Part shown: piece after piece, positions 40,662 through 53,825 of the stretch
Layout of the letters: each line of letters opens with the position of its first letter
Numbering within the stretch: position 1 is the first letter of the stretch
Assembly: GCF_006345805.1 (NCBI RefSeq)
Contig: NC_043006.1
Span: 44,144,001-44,208,000, forward strand
From: Octopus sinensis
Taxonomy: Eukaryota
Direction of reading: 5' to 3'
Length of the DNA: 64,000 nucleotides
The notes under the pieces: generated by a model
The model's database searches: none
Told to the model about the DNA's origin: nothing
What the model saw: only the letters and a program-made list of their open reading frames with translations
Program-made: the position numbers and the translations under genes

Positions 40662-41280
40662 GACGCAGATGTGGCTGTGTGGAAAGTAGCTTGCTTACCA
40701 ACCACATAGTTCCAGGTTCAGTCCCACTGTGTGACACCTTGGGCAAGTGTCTTCTACTATAGCCTTAGGTTGACCAAAGCCTTGAGTGGATTTGGTTGAC
40801 GGAAACTGAAAGAAGCCCATCATGTATATATATATATATATATATATCGTTAGCTCCTAAAAGCAATTTTTTTTCTCCCCTTGTTTCTCTCCTTGTTTTT
40901 TTTTTTTCTGTGTATCTTTCTGTCGAAGAGCTTAGGCTCGAAACGTAAAAAAACTTGTTCTATTTCTATTCCTGAGTGCCATACTAATACATTTGTTTGT
41001 TTGTACTCCACCTGCCTTTGTCTTTTGTTTATTTTCGTAAACCTTTCCGTTATATATATATAGTTGTGTGTATGTGTGTGTGTTTGTCCCTCCACCATCG
41101 CTTGACAACTGATGTTGGGGTGTTTACGTCCCTATAACTTAGTGGTTCGGCAGAAGAGAGCAATAGAATAAGTACGAGGCTTACAAAGAATAAGCCCTGG
41201 GGTCGATTTGCCTGACTATGAAGGCGGTGCTCCAGCATGGCCACAGTCAAATGACTGAAACAGGTAAAAGAATAAAAGAA
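40662..41280 (+). mobile_element. tRNA-derived SINE (family A) carrying the Penelope-like insert
   Basis: Same head and tail as 41994-42417, with the insert in the central (TA)n. Confidence 0.85.
40848..41050 (+). mobile_element. Penelope-like terminal-repeat fragment inserted in the (TA)n tract of a SINE
   Basis: About 200 bp flanked by (TA)n on both sides, containing the hammerhead-like motif CTGTCGAAGAGCTTAGGCTCGAAACGTA. The assignment rests on the known PLE-hammerhead association. Confidence 0.5.
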
Positions 41281-41541
41281 TACATTTAAAATTTCTAAAA
41301 GATTGTTCAAGGTGACCAAGCATTATAAGTGCTTAGTACTGAAGGTGTATGACCAGAGAGTCTATGATACAGCAGTAATTACAACAAAAGACACACTGCT
41401 TCCCACTTGACTCACAACTTTTTTTTATTTACTGCCATGCATGCTTTAGTGTATATAGCAGAATGGTTTGAAAGGAATGAAACGTAAACAGATATTTATT
41501 GTACATAGTTTACCTATCACTCATACAGATAAAATCTAGAG

Positions 41542-41739
41542 CAGTGGTTCCCAAACTATGAGTCGCGACCCACAGATGGGTCGTGAACGGAAACTTAGTG
41601 GGTCGCAAAAAGTTATAAAATTACGCATTAGCTTTGATTAACTGCTGTCATATGTTTTTACTCAGTAGAGTTAAGTGGGTCGTCATAAACTGGTGTGATA
41701 AATAGTGGGCCGCGACTCTAAAAAGTTTGGGAACCACTG
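41542..41739. mobile_element. hAT-family MITE (198 bp)
   Basis: Perfect 16-bp TIR CAGTGGTTCCCAAACT / AGTTTGGGAACCACTG. Perfect 8-bp TSD ATCTAGAG at 41534-41541 and 41740-41747, fitting the NTCTAGAN preference of Charlie/Buster-type hATs. Confidence 0.93.
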
Positions 41740-41993
41740 ATCTAGAGGAATTCAATTGTTGTACCATGAAGTAAAATCTATTTTGACTTAAAAATAAACT
41801 GAAATGAAGATGCTGACCTATTCTCTACAAGCTTCAATACAATTCAACTGGAGTATGTGTGTGTGTTTTGTGTGTACGCATGACTGTCTATAATATATGC
41901 TGTATGTAGTTCGTGGCACTTTGTCGGTTACGACGATGAGAGTTCCAGTTGACCCAATCAACGTAACAGCCTGCTCGTGAAATTAACATACAA

Positions 41994-42158
41994 GTGCAGG
42001 AGTGGGTGTGTGGTAAGTAGCTTGCTTACCAACCACATGGTTCCGGGTTCAGTCCCACTGCGTGGCACCTTGGGCAAGTGTCTTCTACTATAGCCTCAGG
42101 CTGACCAAAGCCTTGTGAGTGGATTTGGTAGAAGGAAACTGAATGAAGCCCGTCGTAT

Positions 42159-42242
<84 letters not shown>

Positions 42243-42417
42243 GCATGTGTATGTATATGTTTGTGTGTCTGTACCCCAACATCGCTTGACAATGACAACT
42301 GATGCTGATGTGTTTATGCCCCCCCATGACTTAGCAGTTCGGCATAAGAGACCGATAGAATAAGGCAATGCTCCAGCATGGCCGCAGTCAAATGACTGAA
42401 ACAAGTAAAAGAGTAAG
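41994..42417 (+). mobile_element. Full-length tRNA-derived SINE (family A), nested in another repeat spanning about 41905-42720
   Basis: Head GTGTGGTAAG (A box)...GGGTTCAGTCCC (B box), central (TA)n, 3' gctccagcatggccgcagtcaaatgactgaaacaagtaaaagag. Other copies at about 14100, 16090(-), 26700(-), 29730(-), 40030-40400(-), 49290, 50530(-), 55345, 56265 and 58965(-). Confidence 0.85.
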
Positions 42418-45400
42418 TAACTGAGCACTCCCAAGACATGTGTACCCTTATAACGTAGTTCTTGGGGAGATTCAGCATGACACAGAGTGTGACATGGCTG
42501 GCCCTTTAAAATACAGGTACAACAGAAGCAGGAAGAAAGAGTGAGAGAAAGTTGTGGTGAAAATGTAGAGCAGGGTTCACCACCAGCTCCTGTGAGAGCC
42601 TCGTGGAGCTTTTAGGTGTTTTTGCTGTATAAACACTCACAATGCCCAGTCTGGAATCAAAACCGTGGTCCTACAACTGCGAGTCCACTGCCCTAACCAA
42701 TGGGCCATTGCACCTCCATTGTATGTAGATATATGCAAATATATGCATGTATGCGTAAGTGCACACACACACATATACACATATAATTAAATAAGCCAAG
42801 TAGAACAGTAAAAATCAACCACATATAAAGAATATTACGTTTTAAACATTTAATGTCAAATTGTTTGATATTTTGTGAATGAGGACAAGATACGTCTCAT
42901 AATTTTATAAATAAATTGTATTTTGTTGCTGCTGTTTACACATTTAAAAATTTTTTTATACTTTCAGTTCTCCTAAAACTAACATAGATATTGAGATTTG
43001 TTTTGTTTGACAAGCTTATTTTGTGTAGCGTAGATCTTACTGAATCAACTCTAACATCTTACTACTATATATTTTGTTAAAACCCCAGTAAAACTAAAGT
43101 GGACCCTGCAAAATATGTAACTAACATAACTATTAAATAATGTCACTAAGTCATCATCATTATCATCATTTAATATCTGCTTTCCATGCTGGCATGGGTT
43201 GGATGGTTTGACTGAGGACTGTCAAGCCCTTCCTAACGCCATCCACTCTGAGAGTGTAGTGGGTGCTTTTTACATGTCACCAGCATGGGAGCCAGTCAGC
43301 TGGCACTGGCATTGACCACACTCGTATATAAAATCAGTTGACTGGCACCAGCAAGAATTAATGAGAAAATCAAACTCAGAAGGAAATTATATATAATGTC
43401 TTCAATAGGCATAAATTCTTGAATTTATAAAAGAAGAAAAAAAATAAAGGCTCTGCCCTGATGCCTTTCTGGACACAAATGGAGAGGAATCACAAAAATT
43501 GAATCAAGTTTAACCCCTTAGCATTTAATCTTGCTGCATTCAGCCAAAAATATTCTAATTTGCTTTATGTTCAAACTGGCCAGATCTGGCCTCTCATATC
43601 TACCCTATAATGTCACTCAGAAAATAAAAGTGCCCCAGCATGGCCGCGGCCTTCGGGCTAAAACATTTTTAAGGATTAAGGAATCATATCGTGAAAGTCT
43701 TAAAGCTACAAGATAACTTATTAATTCCAAACAATGAGAACAAATAAGCATTACATTAAAGGTTAATATTTCCAGTTGGAAATTTGACATAATATATGTC
43801 ACAAGAATTTAGAAACTTCAAGAGACATGAAATAATTCATTTTTAATGATGGAACTCAAAGCTATGAATAATAAATAATGTTTTAAAATAGTGTGTAAAT
43901 ATTGGGTTAAAAGCCCCTTTAGACAGAAAGCCAAGGGTGGCCTGTGAGACTGAACATCTATCATGTTCACTCACAGAAGATGTGGTTTTGAGTTCCATAG
44001 GTAACCATTGAGTTTCTCTATCTAAAGTGTTTTTTGCATCAATACTTACGTGCCATTTTTCATTGCTTTATCTACTTTATGTTCCACCATTAAAAAAATA
44101 AATTCAGTCACAATATTATCAATTTCTAATACAGCTACAATACCAGAAATGTGGTCAGAATGCAAACAAAGTGAACAGAGCAGAATGAATGCTAACAAAA
44201 CAAAATGGAACAACCCAAGTAAACACAATCAATTCTTATATTACATATGTTACCGCACACAAAATATACAGTCTACGTGACATACACATGAAAGGAAAAT
44301 ACACACATTAACACTTGGAACAAATGAGACAAAGCAAAACAAACATTTAAATACAAACAAAAGAAAATAAAACAGACTATGGCAGTCTGTTTTATTTTCA
44401 TCATTATCATTTGGAAAACAGACTATCTTAAAATAAGATCTACACAATTTTTAAAAAATAATAAAGCATTAACAAATACAAAGGGATAAAACCAGTCAGT
44501 AACAAAAACAATGATGAATTTTGATTACTAAATGTTAAGATCACAGTAAAATGCAGTTCTGAAAAAAGTGGAGTCCTCTCAAAAGATTAACTCTGAACTG
44601 AAAAGCTTGTCCCTTGAATAGAATTCCAAAATATATTGAAGCAAAAAAAATGGAGAGAGAAATTAATTCTATCACTAATCATCACCATCATCATTTTGAC
44701 ATCCACTTTTCCATGCTTGTATGGGTTAAACAAAAATCACTGAGACTAATTTTCGGTGCTTTTCCTGTCACTAATCTTTACTAGTTTCCATGGAGGATTG
44801 CAAATGAATATCACTTTTATTGTGATCCTTGCTTATAATTTGCATGTCATATCAAGAAAAAGACACGTGAATACACACACACACACACCACCCCATGGTT
44901 CATCAGATCCTGTTAAACTAACCAACCTAAGCCAGCAAGAAAAAGGAACATTATTTGACGACGACATTGATGACACACATATGACAGGCTTCTTTGAGTT
45001 TCCAGCCACCAAATCTAATCACAAAGCTTTGGTTGGCACAGGGCTCTAACAGGAGACGCAATAAAGAAGAGAAGGTGAATATCCTGGTGGTACACAAGTT
45101 ACACCAAGAGAACTGACCAAGGATATTAAAGAAGTTTCTTATCCAAATGAATAAAGAAAAGCTTGGAAACATCCCTGACATGATTAAACGGCATCCGACT
45201 GTTTGTGATTGTGAATAGGAAAAGCTCATGTGCCACATTTGTGGAAACACCAACTACCTAAGAGCCTTCTGCCTATAGCAGAAGGAAAAAAGGACAAAAC
45301 TTACACAGATGTCGAGTCTACAATCACAACAACAACATCAGCAATAACACCAACAATACAACACTGCAACAGTAACACCAGCAGCAATAGAAACCACCAA

Positions 45401-48400
45401 AACAACAACAGCATCAGAGCTTACCACCACAACCAAAAGTGAGCACAATCAACCCTCGTCTATGACTGCTCCCTATTTTATTGACCTTAAAGGGATGAAA
45501 AGCATAGTCTACCTTAATGAGATTTAAACCTAGATGAGAAATTGATATAATTAAATATCACCAAGTAGTTTGGCACTCAAGCCATTTTACCTCTCTACTG
45601 CCTAATTATAAAAATAATTATTATTATGATTATAGTAATAGGCACTTGAATTCCTAGGTTTCTGGTATTTTTAATAATTATCAACAAATTAACACAAAGA
45701 ATGTGGAAAGAGAATAATTAATGCTATCAACAAGTAGGACCCCATAGTTTAAGAAAGACGGTTTTAGAAAACAGTTACTACCAAAACATACATACATGCA
45801 CAAAGGAACTTTGACCGATACTAAACCCATAAAACATTTCAATACATGTTAAGCCAGAACCACAGATCATTCTGTAAATACTAAGATGTACAAAAAGAGT
45901 TAACCAAGGTTGGGTTAGAATGGTATTAACAAAGAAAAATATTATATAAATTACAGGAAACATGAAAATGTCTAAGTCAGTGAGTGTAATAAAAAAAATG
46001 CTAGTGGGGGTTATACATTTGATAGTATTTTTCAAAGTTAATGGTTGTTGTTGTTGGTGGTGGTGGTGGTGGTGTAGTTTTCATCAGCAAGTGCTATTAG
46101 TCCAGGAATGAAAACCTTGCCAACCATGTGTGAATATAGTTTACACCTACTCTTTTACAGCCTAATGGAATTCTCAAGTAATACAATTTATTTTTACAAT
46201 ATCTATGGTGTAATATTTCATAAAAAAAAACAACTAAAAATTAAATTTTAAGAATGGAATACAATACAATAACCATCAACATGTTAAGGAAAGACAATAA
46301 CAGGTAGACAATATATTAAATAGTCATTCCTTTATTAAAGAAAGGATGCAATAAAATACCATCTTTATTAAAGAGTAATCGATATAAAAGTGACAATATA
46401 GAAATTACCTGTGAGAGAGAGAGAGAGAAGTGGGGTACAGGTAAGAGAGGTGATCTCAAGAAGGGAAACAAAAGGCAGAAAAATAAGCATCTTCAGTTTC
46501 CAACAACAAGTATAATAATAATAATGATGATAAAACAGTGAATATGAAACTACATTGACATTGGAGAAGCGAAAAAAAAACCAAAAAAAAAATCAATTGA
46601 AGCACTTAAGAGACTAACTTAGTCTCCAGTCATGCATTATAAATAGTTGTAAGGGATTTTGGAAGTGGGTGATTGGTAAAGTTGGGGAGGATTGGAGGGT
46701 GGGGTGGGGTGAAAGTCGAAGATTTGTTTTTCAATATCTCAGCAATTTTTATGCAAGACAGACAAGGAATTTCCTTCCATTCAACACCACCACCACCACC
46801 GCCGTCGTCGTTGGCAGTGTTTGCTTTTTTTCCATCCCTTCTCTCTCCCGCTGTTGACTCCTGCCCTTTTTCATTTGTCACTTGCTCTTCTTACACAGTC
46901 AGAAGGCTCTTTTGTCCCTCTACCTCCTCCTGCTCCTTCACTGCTCATTTAACTTTTTTTTGTTTCTCACCAAGTATAGTACAGGAGGTGGTGGGGGTGG
47001 GAGGGAGAAGAGCTTTGCTTGCAGGGGTGAGTTGCATTGCAATTTTGAAAAAAACTATTATTAAACTTTCACTTTTATATGAGCAATTTATCATAAAAGC
47101 TGATAACTCAGCAATTTGTCTTTCAAAAACAAAAACAACAAAGAAAAAGTTGTTAAAATCTAAAATTAATAGATATATAAATTGTTGCACACAAACGCAG
47201 TAAACAACAGTTTATTCTCTATTTTCTTTCTTTTATCATATATTATAATCCTTCAGAACCATTGACTGAGATTTATGTCAGAAATTTAAGTGTCACATAT
47301 AATTTTTATATATATATACACACACACACACTAAACTAAACTAAAATGATATACATATATAAACTTTTAGTTTAGTATGTATGTATGTATGTGTGTGTGT
47401 ATGTCTGTGTATTATATATAAATTACATGTATAATTATATGTGTGTATGTATGTACGTGCATACATACATACACACATAACACTAAAATTTTATATATAT
47501 TTGAAAAATTTTAGTTTATTTTCGGTATAAATAATTAAAGAATTTTGTGAAGAAAAGAGACGATATCAAAGAGCAATTGAAAATATTAAAATATTTGAAT
47601 TGAAAAAATTGAGATCTCTATCATTAGTTACCATTATAGATTCAGACAAAATTTATTTCTTTATTTCTTTTTTTTTTTTCAAACACACATTAAATATTGA
47701 CAAATTTGCTTGGGTAACAAAACAAAAAAAAACAACAAAAAAAAGACATATTGGAAAATGAGGATATTGCCATTGGTGTTGTTAAAGCTATTTTATCCAA
47801 CACTTAGCACTGCAGATCTAGACTGAAAAAGTCAATAACAATTTATTTAATATTTTACCAAATATGATTGATGGTAATTGGAAGAGGTGGGGGGGGGGTT
47901 TAAATCACATCTATTTCATGTCATTATTGATATGTGCCTTCAATTCAAGAATTACAAAGGAAAGACAATCATAGAGAGAGAAAAAAAACAGCATAAAAAA
48001 CAAAAACAAAATAACAATGTGGTTCCAGGTTTGATCCTGCTATAAATACGCGTGTTCGATAATGTTTACAACCCTAGTACTGCTTCTAATTTATATTTCA
48101 ATCTATTCTTACACATGCATCGTCCAGGCAAAGCAGCATATAGTGTTTTTTACACTATTTGCTTATAGTCATGGACTGGTGATTTAGTTCGCCTCCAATT
48201 CAGTTCAGGCATGTGATACTGATAAGCCACGAAAATGACCAAAACCAGTATCCATCACTCCTGAATGGTATTTGGGTGAGTTGTCTTATCTATCTATGAC
48301 TCTCGGGTGCTTTGATGGAGTCATCTACACTGTGCCAAATTGCAACCTACCAGTGGACAAGCAAAACACATACATTGAGTATGTATGTTCAATAATGTTT

Positions 48401-50039
48401 GTGTGTGTGTGTGTGCGTGCACATGTGCACACATGCATGAAAACATGGATACACATTAGTGTGCATGTATTTAAGCTAGTGTTTCCACCAGTTTAAAAAG
48501 TGGAGTTATTAAGATTGTGTCCTTCTATGTCCTATAACTCAGTGGCTCAACAAACAGGGATGCATAAAAGTAAGTACTAGGTTGAAATTAGTGCTGTGGC
48601 CAATATGATATGATCATTAAAGTCCTTGAAGACTGTGCCCAATAAAAGAATATCCCAGAAACAGAATAATTTTTATAAGTAATAAGCAACAGTTTGGTCA
48701 AATTAATATATATATAATGATTCATCCAGATAATTACTTGCAACATCAGTTATTTTACAGTCAGTAATGGTGATTTCATCTTAGCATGCAGTTGCCAGTG
48801 GATACTTGCTACTGACAAAGCCCAAGCATGCAGAAATGCACATTTAGCAATGCTACCATCACTGTTTGGCAATTTTCATCTGCTACTGATGTATTTTTGT
48901 GTTTTTTAACACTGTATGATTATAGAGACACTATGTGAGAACAAATACCATAGTTAATTAGGCTTTCCAAGATAAATCTGCTAAATTTTTTTTATCTTTT
49001 ACAGGTTTCAGTCACTAGAATGTAGCCATGCTGAGACTCCACTTATGTATGATTCAGAGATTATCCTATTAAGAAGGAGCTTTTGTTCACTAATATTCCA
49101 GAAACTTTCTTGTTTTTTTTTTGTCTTTTCATTGGACAACTTAACTGCTGTAATGTTGTAAACTAAAATAACCTTCAGCAGTTTCTTTAGCTGTTTAATT
49201 ATTATAAAAATGGAATATCAAACAGCTCCAGGAGACAAAGAAGAAGTATAGAAGACAGAATTGTAAGAAATAGTGGATAAGTGATGCAGGCATGGTAGTG
49301 TGGTTAAGAAGATTGCTTTGTAACCAGGTGGTTTCAGGTTCAGTCCCACTGCACGGCACTTAGGGTAAGAGCTTTTTCTATAACTCTGAACCCACCAATG
49401 CCTTGTGAGTGAATTTGGTCAACAAAAACTCTGTGTGTGTGTGTGCATGTGTGTGCGTGCGTGTGTATGTGCATATGTGTATGTGCGTGTGTGTGTGTGT
49501 GTGTTTTTCTTTCACTGCTTGACAACTGCTGCTGGATTGTTTACAGCCTCATAACTTAGCAGTTCAGCAAAAGATACCAACAGAAGAAGCATCAAGTTTC
49601 AGATAAATAGGTACCGAGGATGGTTCATTTGACTAAACACTTCAAGGTGGTGCCCCAGCATGGTTGCACACCAATGACTGAGACAAGTGAAAGATATCTA
49701 GATTATTTAAATGTTACTGCAACAAAAACTTAAACTAGAATTGTTGAATTTAATTTCCTTGTGTTAAGATTGTATAACATCCATTGTTTCACTCATAAGA
49801 CATCAATTCTATACACAACATTTTGGGATCCAGAATTTATAAATTAATAGCAATGATATCAAAACTCTGAGGGATTTTAAGAACTGATACTTAACCTCAT
49901 GACCCAGCAAGTAATGTGAGACCATAGCTGTGGCTTATGTCTGTGTTGCATAATCACCCCCATTGGGCAATAAACTATGCTTGAGAAGACCTGTTGAGTT
50001 AAGTGAAATCATTGTTGTGGCTGATGTCAGTACTGCATG

Positions 50040-50437
50040 ATTGGCACCTGTGCTGGTGGCACATAAAAAGCACCATTCGAGCGTGCTCGATGCCAGTCCC
50101 TCCAGACTGGCTCCTGTGCTGGTGGTATGTAAAAAGCATCATTTAAGCGTGGTCATCGCCAGTGCTGCCTGACTGGCTCCTGTGCCAGTGACATATAAAA
50201 AGCATGATTTGTGTATGGTTGATGCCAGTACAGCCTGACTGGCCCTCATACTGGTGACACATAAAAAGCACCCACTACACTTTTACAGTGGTTGTCATTA
50301 GGAAGGACATCCAGCCGTAGAAATCACGCCAGATCAGATTGGAGCCTGGTTCAACCTCCTGGCTTGCCAGTCCTCATTCAAACCATCCAACCCATGCCAG
50401 CAAGGAAAGCAGATGTTAAAAGATGATGATGATGATG
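50040..50437 (+). mobile_element. SINE family B with internal ~62-bp tandem repeats and (GAT)n tail
   Basis: Ends ...ggaaggacatccagccgtagaaa...ccatgccagc...gttaaaagatgatgatgatg. Copies at about 6720(+), 7740, 9660, 17960, 26440, 28110, 29425, 31080, 43150, 44680 and 55865 (all -), and 60120(+). Confidence 0.75.
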
Positions 50438-50877
50438 GTTCTCAGTGGATAAGACATAAATGTCTTACTGGATAAAACACCAGTCTCAGACATTTCCAAA
50501 ATGACCTAGTACTTATTCTCGGACAGCAATCTTATTTAATTTGCTTCAGTCATTGGACTGCAGCCATGCTGGTGCACAAGCAGTACTTATTTTTCTTAAA
50601 AGTCTAGTATTTATTCTACTAGTTCTTTATGTCAAATGGTAGTAGTGGGGACAAACACAGACAGACATTTGTGTGTGGGGCTGGTGCACGTGTGCATGTG
50701 TGTGCAGACGTGCATGCATACATGAGGCTTCCACGCAGTTTCCATCTCCCAAATTTATTCACCAAGTATTGGTTAGCAGAAGACGCTTGCCCAAGGTGTT
50801 GTACAGTGGAACCAAACCAAAACCAATTGGTTGCATACTGAGCTTTTTCACCACAAGGCCATGTCGGGGGTGGGGGG

Positions 50878-51953
50878 TTTTGTTTTGTTTTTTCTTCTTT
50901 TTATTAAGAGAGTGAAAAGAAAAAGAAAGCAGTGACCATGACCTGCATTAACACACCCATCCAATCACTCACTGACTGAACAGTAAGAACAAAATGTGGA
51001 ATGCATCATAAATTTACATATTATTCTTCCACCGATGAATTTTTATGTAGGTCTTAAATACACAATGCAATGCCTGCGGAGACTTTTCAGCTGAAGATCT
51101 ATGAATGAAATTTACAATATTCACTTGATCGTTATGCTTCCACAGAATTTGATTACATATTTCACTGAACAAATAATTACATTGAGCCCATAGATAACTA
51201 ACGGAAAACTAATGAAATATCAAAGCAGTAACAGGGATTTATGATAAACAAACAAAAATGTGATCTAAATATTATAGTAAGTTAAAAATACACATTCCCA
51301 TCCAGATCACAAAAGAAAACAAAATTACGTCTTTTTTCTTTTTTTTGTTTTACTATGAGAATTTTGTGTTTGAAGGCAAAAATATTGTTGATTTTTTGTT
51401 GATTTTTTTTGTTTTGTTTTTTCTTCTTTTTATTAAGAGAGTGAAAAGAAAAAGAAAGCAGTGACCATGACCTGCATTAACACACCCATCCAATCACTCA
51501 CTGACTGAACAGTAAGAACAAAATGTGGAATGCATCATAAATTTACATATTATTCTTCCACCGATGAATTTTTATGTAGGTCTTAAATACACAATGCAAT
51601 GCCTGCGGAGACTTTTCAGCTGAAGATCTATGAATGAAATTTACAATATTCACTTGATCGTTATGCTTCCACAGAATTTGATTACATATTTCACTGAACA
51701 AATAATTACATTGAGCCCATAGATAACTAACGGAAAACTAATGAAATATCAAAGCAGTAACAGGGATTTATGATAAACAAACAAAAATGTGATCTAAATA
51801 TTATAGTAAGTTAAAAATACACATTCCCATCCAGATCACAAAAGAAAACAAAATTACGTCTTTTTTCTTTTTTTTGTTTTACTATGAGAATTTTGTGTTT
51901 GAAGGCAAAAATATTGTTGATTTTTTGTTGATTTTTTTTGTTTTGTTTTTTCT
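50878..51953 (+). repeat. Direct tandem duplication with a 529-bp period
   Basis: 50878-51406 is repeated at 51407-51935 with no differences seen by eye. The 18-mer TTTTGTTTTGTTTTTTCT occurs at 50878, 51407 and 51936. Confidence 0.92.
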
Positions 51954-53229
51954 CACAAGTTGGGAGTGTTCCAGGCTAACATGATTTGATTTAACACGCC
52001 ATACTTCCTACCTAATAGTAACAAGCAATCTAGCCAAGACACTTTCCCAAGTGGCTAAAAATTTCACAATAGTCTAACCATCGCAAGCATGGAAAAACAG
52101 GCTTGTTGCTGTTGTTGATGATGATGATGAATTAAAAACACTGTAATGGAGACACCCACCGGCACTTCTAAGGCAACCAGCATTTACCAAAGTAACTATA
52201 TATAAACAAATAACTTTTTTTTTAAATAACAAAAATCCTTGAAAAAAAAGAATAAACAGTTTCTGATTTAGGTACACAATTTTTAGGGAAAGGTTCAGTT
52301 GATATCATTGACCTCCTAGTTCTTCACTGGTACTTTATTTTATTGACCCCAAAAGGATCAATAAAAGCTGAATTCACATATACAAAGTTGAACTTACAGA
52401 TACATACACACATTCTTCTACTTCTCCTCTTCTTCCTCCTCCTTTTTACATCTTGGTTTACCAAGCCAATATGAGTTGAGTGGGGTCATTATAGTCTCTG
52501 TCATCCAGCATACACAGTAACAGAAAACCAAAACAACTTTGGTGTTACATACTTTATCAGAGCATGTTTTATCACACCATTGGCGTTAGGCAGGACATTC
52601 TTTGTAGGGGAAGCTGAAAGGTGCCCCCTACTCTGCATCCTTTCTTATTTGGAATTACTGCCTCCCTAGACGGTAGTCTGCAATGTTACTTGACGAGTTC
52701 CTATCTCATATATAATATTTTTAACAAGTTTTCTATGGTTAGATACCCTTCTTATCACAACTACTTTACTCTGTACTAGGCGCACCTTCTAATGCCACTA
52801 GGACATGAGAGACTGTCTCATTTAAAGGAGATTAAGGGACCCTCTGTAAAGGCTCAGGGCTTAGTGATTCAGATAGTGCACTCATAAGCATTAGGTCATG
52901 ATTTTGATTCCCAGACCAGACAGTGTATTGTGTTCTTGAGCAAAACACTTTCACTTCACATTGCTCCAGTCCACTAACTTGCAAATAAGTTATAGTAATA
53001 GATGGGAAGTTAAACCTGCAACAGACCGGTGTCCTGTTCAAGAGGAAGCACTGTAATCTCAGCTGTACATATACCAAGGGGATCAGGTTAAATTCCAGCC
53101 TTGAGTCTCTCGTAACAGACCTAAAAGCAACCTTCTACCTTGTATAAATTGACAAGTGAATGTACCAACCAGCAACTGTTGGGAGGTTTTACATTAACAC
53201 TTCTTAATGACAGAAAATAAAATACATAG

Positions 53230-53262
<33 letters not shown>

Positions 53263-53289
53263 TCTATGTATTTTATTTTCTGTAAGGCC

Positions 53290-53825
53290 TGTCCATTGGA
53301 CACTTCACAACAAGTATAGACTTGACAGAGCAAAAAAGTGGTACAAATATAAACCCGAAGTCATCATCGAAAATGATAATGCAAAGATCCTATGGGATTT
53401 TATGGTTGAGTGCACCTGTGAGATAGAGAATAGGAAACCAGACATAATGTTAATTGAGAAAGAAAGCAAATGATGCTGGATCTAGATATAGCATGACCAG
53501 CTGACAACAAGGTATGCAATAAGGAAGAAGGTTGATAGATATGACAGGTTGGCTTTGGAGGTTAAGCAGTTATGGTTGCTAAAAAAGATAATTGTCAGAC
53601 CCCTGGGAACAGTGAGAAAAAATCTTGAAAAGTATATGGAACAAATAGGGGCTGCAGTAAGGGTAGAGCATTTGCAGAAAACAGCACTGCCTGGAAATGC
53701 TTGAATACTCCAGATGGTGCTCAAAAAATAAGGGGTGTTTCCTTAGTTTACTGATAGTGAATAGCTGGCACCGTCGTACATTTCCAGCATTAGAATCTGT
53801 GCAAACATAATAAATAATAATAATA
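53290..53825 (+). mobile_element. R4/Dong-like non-LTR 3' fragment with (TAA)n tail
   Basis: Encodes KWYKYKPEVIIENDNAKILWDF...NRKPDIMLI...LGTV..NL..Y....G....LQKTAL with stops, then a short 3' UTR and taaataataataataat. Confidence 0.78.

Noticed and set aside
48160-48260. Possible snoRNA or pre-miRNA hairpin (ATGGACTGGT...ACCAGTATCCAT)
   Set aside because: The stem is short and bulged with a ~65-nt loop, and there is no convincing C/D box geometry.
50040-50270. Regularly spaced repeats superficially like a CRISPR array (also 7290-7510 and 31230-31345)
   Set aside because: They are tandem subrepeats inside SINE family B with no unique spacers, in a eukaryotic intron.
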